64,000 nucleotides of DNA, from the NCBI GenBank assembly GCA_042572295.1, contig JBHPFA010000002.1, positions 180-64,179 of the forward strand. Reading direction: 5' to 3'. A program made the translations under genes and the position numbers. Source of the DNA: Nanobdellota archaeon. GTDB taxonomy: Archaea; Nanobdellota; Nanobdellia; Pacearchaeales; JAHJTO01. Positions 28,457 to 36,519 of this stretch are shown in pieces. The stretch's first letter is position 1; each line of letters begins with the position of its first letter. The notes beneath the pieces were generated by a model, which worked only from the letters and a program-made list of their open reading frames with translations, was not told the origin of the DNA and searched no databases.

Positions 28457-30516
28457 AAGCACTAATACTTGCTGGAGGTTTTGGAACAAGATTAAAAGAA
28501 ATTACTAAAGGTGTTCCTAAACCAATGGCACCTATTGCAGGCAAACCCTTTTTACACCACCAAATAAGACTACTTAGAGAACAAGGAATTACAGATATAG
28601 TCCTTGCAGTGCATTATATGAGTGATAAGATAAAAGCATATTTTGGAAATGGAAAGAGACATGGCGTAGATATTTCTTATGCTGAAGAAGAAATGCCTTT
28701 GGGAACAGGTGGAGCAATAAGAAATGCAAAAAGATATCTCGGAAATAATAAATTTGCCGTATTTAATGGAGATACTTATACTGGGATGAGTATTAAGAAC
28801 TTTAATAAATTTCATGAAGAAGTTGGTGAAGACTTTAGCATGGCAGTAACTTCTCATAATGAACCAGAACATCATGAGATTATTGAAATAAAGGACAATA
28901 TGGTAAAAACTCTTCATGAAAGAGGAAAATGTCCAAAAAATCTTGAATGCTTAATAAATAGTGGGGCCTATTTATTGGAACCAAACATATTTGATTATAT
29001 CGAAGAAGGAAGAAATATTTCTCTTGAAAAGGAAGTTTTTCCGAGAATTGTTGGTGAAGGTAAATTAGCTGCTTATAAACATACAGAGTATTTTATAGAT
29101 ATTGGTAGACCTGAAACTTATAAACAATTCAAAAAAGAAATGGTTAATGCCATGTTAATGAAAAAAACAGATTCTATAAGGAGTGCTATGAAAAGAATGG
29201 ACCGAAATGAAGAAGGTCTTGTATTTATTGTAGATGAAAACGAAAAACTAACAGGGATTGTAACCCCACATTTTATCAATAGTGCATTTATTAATGGGAA
29301 AACAAACCTCGAAGATAAACTTGAAAAAGTAATGCTTACTGAAGGCTTGGCTTTTGGAAATGAAAGTGATTCTCCTGAAAAAATAGCAGAAATAATGCTT
29401 CCCCGTACAAATAGGCTTCCGATACTTAATTCTCAAGGAAAAATTACAGACATAGTTTACAGACAAGAGGTATTGGGACCAAAAGAGTCTCCGACCTATA
29501 GGGCAATTTCTCCTTTAAGAATAAGTTTTTCAGGAGGGGGGACAGATAAAGAAGATTATTTCACAAGATTTGGTACAGGGGTTGTGATAAATGCGACAAT
29601 TGACAAATATTGTCATGCGACCACCAAACTAAGGCATGATAAATTGATAAGCATAAATCCTGGTGGCGAAGATGAAGAATTGCTAGACTTGAAAAAGGAA
29701 AAATTTGAATATAACGGCAGGTGGGATCTTGCAAAAGCAGTCGTTAAAGTGATGAATCCTGATTTTGGATTCGATCTTCATGCTTATAACGATGTTCCTC
29801 CAGGAAGAGGACTTGGTTCTTCTGGAAGTTTTGCAGTAATGCTTACTGAATTGATTGGACAAATGCGTGGAGAATACTTAACAAATGATCAAATAGCTAA
29901 ATTAGCAAGAAAAGCTGAAATAGAAGAATTAAAAATAAAAGGCGGATGGCAAGACCAATATGCTGCAAAAGTGGGGGGCTTTAATTTAATGGAATTTTCA
30001 CAAAATAAAATAACTCCTTCTTCACTTGCACTTTCTCCAGAAGTTGTAAGAGAGTTAGAAGAGAGCCTATTGCTCTGTTATATTGGAAAAACACATAATT
30101 CTGGAGAAATACATGCTGAACAAGAAAAGAATTTTCAAAAAGATGAAAAAAGAATACGTGGGGGTCTTGAAAAGTTAACTTCTATCGCAACGATTATAAG
30201 AGATTCTCTAGTTTCTAAAAATCCTTCAAAAGTTGGAGAGATTGGGAATTATTTACATGAAGCTTGGTTAATTAAAAAGGGGTTAAGTGGATCTATTTCT
30301 AATAATGAAATAGATGATTTGTATAACCTTGGATTAAAAAATGGGGCTACTGGGGGGAAACTTCTTGGAGCAGGAAACGGGGGATATCTTCTCTTCTTTT
30401 CACCTCCTGAGAGAAAAAGTTTGTTGGAAAAAGAACTATATAAAAATAAAAGAGAAATAATGAAGTTCCATTTTGAGCGACAACCTGCAGGAACACAGGT
30501 TTGGCCAGTCTATTAA
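28453..30516 (+). CDS. Tri-domain fusion: sugar-1-P nucleotidyltransferase (HddC-like) + CBS pair + GHMP sugar kinase (HddA-like)
   Basis: The N-terminal [34 protein letters not shown] is the NTP-transferase domain. The middle [31 protein letters not shown]...[15 protein letters not shown] is a CBS pair. The C-terminal [12 protein letters not shown] and [15 protein letters not shown] are the GHMP kinase domain. It overlaps gmhB by 4 nt. Confidence 0.8.
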   Translation: [687 protein letters not shown]

Positions 30517-30553
30517 TATGATAACCTTCAGTAAAACTTAAATAAGTTAGATA

Positions 30554-31435
30554 TTGGAGATATGTATGAAGACTCCAATAAGGGTTTCTATAATCATCCC
30601 CACATATAATGAAGAAAAAGATATCTCAGAAGCAATAGCCTCCTTATTAAAACAGTCATTTAAAGATTTTGAAATAATAATAGTGGATGATGGTTCAATT
30701 GATAACACTCTCCAAATAATCAAAAATTTCTCTAAAAAAGATAAAAGAGTGAAAATAATTCCTGGAAAGCATAAAGGTCCTGGATTTTCTAGAAACCTTG
30801 GAGCTAAAAAGGCTAAAGGAAAAATTTTAGTATTTGTCGACGCAGATATGACCTTTGACAAAGATTATATTAAGAATTTAATTGCTCCTTTAACAAAAAA
30901 TAAACAGATAATTGGATCAACTCACGAATTGGAGATGGTTAAAAATACTAAAAACATTTGGAGCAGGTGTTGGGGGAAAATAAGATTTGATAAAGAAAGT
31001 GCTAAAGACGCTAGAATTTTTAGGGCAATAAACAAAAATAAATTTTTTGATATGGGTGGTTTTGATTCAAAATATGGGTATGCAGATGATCAAACCTTCT
31101 GGTTTAAGTATGGTAAAAGGCCATTTGCTGCAAAAAAAACAAGCTGTTACCATAAAAATCCCGAAACTTTAAAATCAGTTTACAAGCAAAGTAAATGGAT
31201 TGGCGCTTCTATAGAAAATTTTTGGTTAAAAGTCCCAATAGTCAAATATTTAGTTCCCCTAGTTATGCTTATTTTTTTCCCTTTAGCAGTCCCAATACTT
31301 GGATTGAAAAAAAGTATCAAAAATAAGGATTTTAAATTATTTTTCCCTTGGATGTTGATATTCATGACAGTTAGATACTTTGGTACAATCTCAGGAATCT
31401 TTAGAGAAATATATCTTGGGAGGAATATTAGATAA
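30554..31435 (+). CDS. GT2 glycosyltransferase with C-terminal TM segments
   Basis: VSIIIPTYNEEKDISEAIASLLKQ, IIVDDGSIDNT and FVDADMTFD. ATG 30565 is an alternative start. Confidence 0.8.
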   Translation: MEICMKTPIRVSIIIPTYNEEKDISEAIASLLKQSFKDFEIIIVDDGSIDNTLQIIKNFSKKDKRVKIIPGKHKGPGFSRNLGAKKAKGKILVFVDADMTFDKDYIKNLIAPLTKNKQIIGSTHELEMVKNTKNIWSRCWGKIRFDKESAKDARIFRAINKNKFFDMGGFDSKYGYADDQTFWFKYGKRPFAAKKTSCYHKNPETLKSVYKQSKWIGASIENFWLKVPIVKYLVPLVMLIFFPLAVPILGLKKSIKNKDFKLFFPWMLIFMTVRYFGTISGIFREIYLGRNIR

Positions 31436-31436
31436 G

Positions 31437-32003
31437 ATGGATGCTCGATTAAAAAGTGACAAATTAAGATTTAAACTCATAAATAGATTCTTAATCGGGA
31501 AAGATATTTTGGATATTGGATCTTGCGAAGGATTCTTACACAGATTACTTGTTGAGAATAATCCTAATAAAAAGATTTTTACATTAGATTCTAATCAGAA
31601 GGCAGATTATTCATTTAGTTTAGATAAACCCAAAAAAATAAAAAAGAAATTTGACACAATTGTTGCCGGGGAAGTTATAGAACACCTCGAATCACCCATT
31701 AAATTTGTTAGATATTGTAAAAGCCTACTTAAGAATAAGGGGAGACTTATAATAACTACTCCTAACGCCATAGGCCTGCAATATTTAAGGAATCCTGGTT
31801 GGTGTGTCCATTACAAAGGTTATCGGGGCCACACCCAAGCATTTACAAAAGATATGATAAAAAGGATTTGTGAAGATGAAAAGTTAAAGGTTATCCAGGA
31901 AAAATATATTAATGCTTTTTGGATGGGCAATCCCTTGAAATACTTGTCTTGGATAATAAAAAGATTAAGACCAGATATAATGGTTGTGGCCGAAAAAATT
32001 TAA
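31437..32003 (+). CDS. Class I SAM-dependent methyltransferase
   Basis: Contains ILDIGSCEGFLHRLL and VAGEVIEHLESP. I prefer ATG 31437, 1 nt after the upstream stop, over the ORF-track TTG 31380, which would overlap the GT2 gene by 56 nt. Confidence 0.7.
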   Translation: MDARLKSDKLRFKLINRFLIGKDILDIGSCEGFLHRLLVENNPNKKIFTLDSNQKADYSFSLDKPKKIKKKFDTIVAGEVIEHLESPIKFVRYCKSLLKNKGRLIITTPNAIGLQYLRNPGWCVHYKGYRGHTQAFTKDMIKRICEDEKLKVIQEKYINAFWMGNPLKYLSWIIKRLRPDIMVVAEKI

Positions 32004-32022
32004 TACTTTTAATTTATCGAGA

Positions 32023-32802
32023 TTATAGTTTTTTCTTCGTACTTATGTTCCCTATTTTTCTATATATTAAGACCAAGTTTTTAAGAAATACTATAGGAGT
32101 TATTATTGACATCAATATGAGATACGTCCCAGGGATGTTGAAGACTATTGTTATAAATAAGAATGAAAAGGGGTTATTGGGCCTTAATAACTCCATAGTA
32201 TAATCCTTTACTGTTTTTATTAATCCTTTTTTCTGACCATAGGCTGTGGCAACCATATAGCTCTCTCTCATCTTGTATATTAAATCAAGTCTTTTTTCAT
32301 TTGCAAAAGTTTCGTATACTTTAAGTTTGTTGAGATTATCTAATAACAAAAAGATTGAGGTAGAGATACCTAAATACAAATAAGCAATATTTCCATTAGT
32401 GTTATAAATCCCCCACCCTAATGCCAGTACTAATAACCCTCTGTGGATATAGTGGAAAAGCCTATCAAGATATGTTCCACCAATAGTAGTTATTTTTTTT
32501 GCTTTTGCGATTTCTCCATCAACATAATCTAGTAATACTGCAAAATGATACAAAATGGCTCCAAAAACCATATAAGAATATCCTCCGAGACCTATAAAAA
32601 AACATGCAACAACTCCTAAAAATCCCCAAGTAAAACTTATTTGATTTGGTGTTAAAGGAGTAAATCTTGCAAAAATGTATGCGACATAACTTGAAAAAGG
32701 TCCTAGAATTCGAATGTTTATGGGGTGTTTACCCCAATCATCTGATGCATCTTTTATTTGCTGTAAAGTAATTTTCTTATCCATTCTTAAACAAGCCCTC
32801 AC
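32023..32802 (-). CDS. CDP-alcohol phosphotransferase-family membrane protein
   Basis: Polytopic. LDYVDGEIAKAKKITTIGGTYLDRLFH matches D-x2-DG-x2-A(R/K)-x8-G-x3-D-x3-(D), with His in place of the last Asp. It overlaps the upstream rSAM gene by 4 nt. Confidence 0.7.
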   Translation of the reverse strand: MRACLRMDKKITLQQIKDASDDWGKHPINIRILGPFSSYVAYIFARFTPLTPNQISFTWGFLGVVACFFIGLGGYSYMVFGAILYHFAVLLDYVDGEIAKAKKITTIGGTYLDRLFHYIHRGLLVLALGWGIYNTNGNIAYLYLGISTSIFLLLDNLNKLKVYETFANEKRLDLIYKMRESYMVATAYGQKKGLIKTVKDYTMELLRPNNPFSFLFITIVFNIPGTYLILMSIITPIVFLKNLVLIYRKIGNISTKKKL

Positions 32803-34274
32803 ATATATTTTTTCTTATAAATTTTACTTAACTCCAAAAATGCTTCATTTCCTTTTTGATCAAACTTTTCTGCGAGTTCAATCTTTGGCCACATTTCTTT
32901 CTGGAATCTTACGTAAAGAGGGAATGTTCTTTGAAGTCCTTTAACTTGCTCCCTGTTTAACTGGGGCATGTCCAATCCTGCATCAGAACGATAATCTCCA
33001 GCATAACCTTCTCTTGGAATGTATCCCTTTTTGACCGAATGATCCCATAAAGGGGTTCCCCTATATGCACAAAAAATATTTGTTATAAGATTATCTGCCT
33101 GACAATCCCTATTAAGTTGAATTGTATCAAAAACAAGGTCTCTTGTTTCTTCTGGGAAGCCAATTATGTTATTTGCACAAATTCTTATTCCAGATTGTCT
33201 TGCTATTTCAAATGCATTGATTATCTTTTTGTTATCCACATAACGATTAAGCATTTTCCTCCTAAACTCATCATTTCCATGTTCTAAACCAATACTAATT
33301 CCTTCACAACCTATTTCTTTTAGTTTACTTACTCTATCAAGCTTAACTGTTTCTGGCCTTGTTTCAATCCAAAAAGGCAATCCAATTTCCTTGTATCCTT
33401 TAATAAAATCATCAAATCTTTTAGGACCCATTTGTAGAAAATTTTCTGCAACAAGGTAAAGATATTCTAAACCAAACTCTTCTTTCTTAGTTTTTAATTC
33501 ACTCATGAAATTCTCTATAGATCTTTGTCTAGGGTATCTTCCTATTCCTTTGTAATGTGCTTGTAATTTATCGTTACAACAGAATGCACAATGGTAAGTA
33601 CAACCCCTATTCAATTCTACAGGGCCACTTATGTTAATCTTTCCACCCATTGGCTTAAAGAACCTTTTCTTTTCATAAATACTCCAATCTTGGTCTGGTA
33701 ATGAATCAAGATCTGCAAGTGGAGCAAGAGGATTTTTTATTATGCCTCCATCTTTCTTTAACCAAATATTATCTGTACGAGAATAATCTTCTTTTGATCT
33801 TATTTTATTTGCAAGATCGACTATTGCCTTTTCACCTTCTCCAACACAAATCATATCGATAGAATCTTCTTTTAGAATATCTTCGAGACCCATTGTTGCA
33901 TGTATTCCCCCGACAATTTTGGGAGTTTTTAAGTCTTTGATGCTATTTAATAAATTTAAAGCAATATGGTAGGTAGGCTCTACGACTGAAACTCCTATTA
34001 AATCTGGTTTAAATGAATCTATAGATTTGTGAAAATCTTTTACAAGGTTTTCTTTCTTTTCAGTTATTCCAAGCTCCTCAAGATTGGTTTCTTTTACTTG
34101 AAGAGATTCGACTCTTGCTTCATCCCCTGTTTTTTCCCTTGTTCTATAAAAAGTTGTGTCAAACAAAGCTGTTTCATGTCCCGCTTTTTTTAAACAAGAA
34201 GACAAAAGAGAAGGTCCGATAGGTATTAAATTGTCCATAAAACTATTTGCATAAACTAGAAGTACTTTTGACAT
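32799..34274 (-). CDS. B12-binding-domain radical SAM enzyme (class B)
   Basis: An N-terminal B12-type domain (IGVSVVEPTY...IVGGIHATM) is followed by LNRGCTYHCAFCCN. Confidence 0.8.
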   Translation of the reverse strand: MSKVLLVYANSFMDNLIPIGPSLLSSCLKKAGHETALFDTTFYRTREKTGDEARVESLQVKETNLEELGITEKKENLVKDFHKSIDSFKPDLIGVSVVEPTYHIALNLLNSIKDLKTPKIVGGIHATMGLEDILKEDSIDMICVGEGEKAIVDLANKIRSKEDYSRTDNIWLKKDGGIIKNPLAPLADLDSLPDQDWSIYEKKRFFKPMGGKINISGPVELNRGCTYHCAFCCNDKLQAHYKGIGRYPRQRSIENFMSELKTKKEEFGLEYLYLVAENFLQMGPKRFDDFIKGYKEIGLPFWIETRPETVKLDRVSKLKEIGCEGISIGLEHGNDEFRRKMLNRYVDNKKIINAFEIARQSGIRICANNIIGFPEETRDLVFDTIQLNRDCQADNLITNIFCAYRGTPLWDHSVKKGYIPREGYAGDYRSDAGLDMPQLNREQVKGLQRTFPLYVRFQKEMWPKIELAEKFDQKGNEAFLELSKIYKKKYM

Positions 34275-34275
34275 T

Positions 34276-35766
34276 TTAAGTTACTCTTCCCAAAATTAAA
34301 TCTGCCTTATCTCCATGTCTTTTCAGAAATTGTTTGAACTTTGATTCCCATGCTCCAGGATTTTTCTTTTTTATATATTCATTGAAAGCTGTTGTTTTTT
34401 CTATAACTAATTTCTCAAGTTCTCCTGGAGAGATTATATAATCAGCAGAAGTTGGAGGAATTTTTATTGCAACATGTTTTAGGTCCCCTTTTACTCCAGA
34501 ATCAAGATATCCTTTTTCTTTACAGATTTTATGTAATCTGGAACCAATCATTGGATGAGCAAGGAAAAGAGAGGCGCTATCAAATCCTACTTCATAAGGA
34601 TAATTGAAAGTATCTTCCATCTCTTCTCTTTTTTCTCCAGGAAATCCAACGATGAACAACCCATGAACTTGTACACCCTTATCATGACATATATCAATCA
34701 AACTTTTTACTTTTTCTTTTGATGGGACCCTTTTGTTAATTATTTCTTTTCTAACTCTTTCATTTCCAGACTCCACAGCAAAAGTAAGTTGATAGGCTCC
34801 AGATTGGGCCATTAAATCTATCATCTCTTCATCCAATGTTTGAATCATAAGCCCATTTGGAGTACACCAAGAAAGATTATAGGGTTTTAATCTTTTAAAT
34901 AATTCTTTTGCCCTAGGTTTGTGTGCTGTTAAGTTATCATCTGCAAACTGTATTTCTTTAACTCCATAATTTTTTGTTAAGTCATCAATTTCTTCAATTA
35001 TGTTATCAACAGATCTTGTCCTAAAATGATGCCCCCAATAATTTACAGTAGAACAAAAAACACAATCAAATGGACAGCCCCTAGAAGTCATAACTTGTTC
35101 AACACGGTCTTCTTTTGAGAATGGGCCAAAGGGAACTCCTATTTGGATATAACGTTCCATATTTATCATATCTCTTGCAGGTTGGGGTAAGGCATTTAAG
35201 TCTTTTATCCTATTAATTAGTGGATTTACTATGGCTTCTCCATTTTTTTTATAGGCTACTCCATCAAAAGATAAGGAAGTCTCTCCTTTATTGAGAGCCT
35301 CAAGAAGGTTTAGTGCCCTATATTCTCCTTCCCCTATCACAACATAATCTACTGATTTGTTCATTATTGATTCTTTTGGAGCAAGTGAAGGGTGTATTCC
35401 TCCCAAAACAACTGAAATATCTGGATTTATTTTTTTAACTAAATTACAATGGTCTATAGCATTTTCTTGATGAGCTGAAAACATCGAAGTTATTCCCACT
35501 ATATCTGGATTATAATCCTTTATTCTGTTGGAAATTTCCTCTTTTGATAATCCATAGGTAAGATAATCTCCATTTATACTTGTTTTATGGTATCCCTCAC
35601 AAGGGGAGTCTAAAATTTTAACATCATAGCCCTTATCTCTTAATAATGCACCCATATATAAGAAACCTAGGGGGGTTGTAAGCCTTCTTGCACTATCTTT
35701 GGGCATAGTATTCGAAGGATTCAAAAATAAGACTTTTCTATATTTACCCTTTGCCATCTTAAACAC
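34276..35766 (-). CDS. B12-binding-domain radical SAM enzyme (class B)
   Basis: An N-terminal B12-type domain (VGITSMFSAH...VLGGIHPSL) is followed by TSRGCPFDCVFCS. Only 1 nt separates it from the downstream rSAM gene. Confidence 0.8.
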   Translation of the reverse strand: MFKMAKGKYRKVLFLNPSNTMPKDSARRLTTPLGFLYMGALLRDKGYDVKILDSPCEGYHKTSINGDYLTYGLSKEEISNRIKDYNPDIVGITSMFSAHQENAIDHCNLVKKINPDISVVLGGIHPSLAPKESIMNKSVDYVVIGEGEYRALNLLEALNKGETSLSFDGVAYKKNGEAIVNPLINRIKDLNALPQPARDMINMERYIQIGVPFGPFSKEDRVEQVMTSRGCPFDCVFCSTVNYWGHHFRTRSVDNIIEEIDDLTKNYGVKEIQFADDNLTAHKPRAKELFKRLKPYNLSWCTPNGLMIQTLDEEMIDLMAQSGAYQLTFAVESGNERVRKEIINKRVPSKEKVKSLIDICHDKGVQVHGLFIVGFPGEKREEMEDTFNYPYEVGFDSASLFLAHPMIGSRLHKICKEKGYLDSGVKGDLKHVAIKIPPTSADYIISPGELEKLVIEKTTAFNEYIKKKNPGAWESKFKQFLKRHGDKADLILGRVT

Positions 35767-35807
35767 TATAGAGGGTGCTTTTTAAACTTTACTTTAGAAT
35801 GACGACA

Positions 35808-36518
35808 CTATTGATTTTCTATCGATTTTAATGCTCTTGGGATGTCTTCTTTTTTGTCAATTTCAGACCATGCCAAGTTTAAATCTACAAAACCATACCA
35901 GGGAGAAATTTTGCTTGCATTATATGCACAATCCTCATAATATTCATCAAGATTTCCCTGTTCGAGGTTTTCTTTATGAAGATTAAACATAATATCCATA
36001 AATTCTTTTGAGAACTTTGAAATTCCTGTAAACTCAAAGGGGTTTTTTCCAGGATTCTTTTTTCCTAAATAAGTTATTTTATTTGATGAATCTAAAAGCA
36101 CATAAACTTCATCATTACTCCCACAACATTTTGTAAGAACTACTTTTGATTTATCATCTGAATTGATTAGCTTATTTATTATTTCCCCATCATAAACTAT
36201 GTCTCCATCAAGAACAAGACATTCCTTAGAATTTCTCAAAGCAGTATAAAGAGAATGCATACTCCCTGTTGTTTCATAAGATTTATTAAAGACATATGAA
36301 AGTTCTATGTCTCCCTTCCATTTTTCAAGATATTCTTTTATTATCTCTCCTTTGAATCCTAAAGCAATTGTTGCTTTTTTAACACCTGCTGCAGCAAGAG
36401 CTTCTAATGAATATTGAATAAGAGGTTTTCCTTTTATCTCTAAAAGGGGCTTCGGCTTTCCATTTAATATTTCTTTAAGCCTTGTCCCCATGCCTGCTGC
36501 TAAAATTATTGCTTCCAT
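35808..36518 (-). CDS. LicC/PntC-like nucleotidyl(cytidylyl)transferase
   Basis: MEAIILAAGMGTRLKEILNGKPKPLLEIKGKPLIQYSLE is the NTP-transferase G-loop. 236 aa. It starts 1 nt after the stop of the ppd-like gene. Confidence 0.75.
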   Translation of the reverse strand: MEAIILAAGMGTRLKEILNGKPKPLLEIKGKPLIQYSLEALAAAGVKKATIALGFKGEIIKEYLEKWKGDIELSYVFNKSYETTGSMHSLYTALRNSKECLVLDGDIVYDGEIINKLINSDDKSKVVLTKCCGSNDEVYVLLDSSNKITYLGKKNPGKNPFEFTGISKFSKEFMDIMFNLHKENLEQGNLDEYYEDCAYNASKISPWYGFVDLNLAWSEIDKKEDIPRALKSIENQ

Positions 36519-36519
36519 T

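Noticed and set aside
31380-31436. The ORF-track N-terminal extension of the methyltransferase, starting at TTG 31380.
   Set aside because: It would overlap the preceding GT2 gene by 56 nt. ATG 31437 follows the GT2 stop by 1 nt and gives a normal distance to the SAM motif, so the extension is probably not translated.
31919-32203. A 94-aa plus-strand ORF bridging the methyltransferase 3' end and the CDP-alcohol transferase gene. Similarly, 32714-32944 bridges two minus-strand genes.
   Set aside because: Each overlaps two well-supported genes in other frames or strands, and no motif is present.
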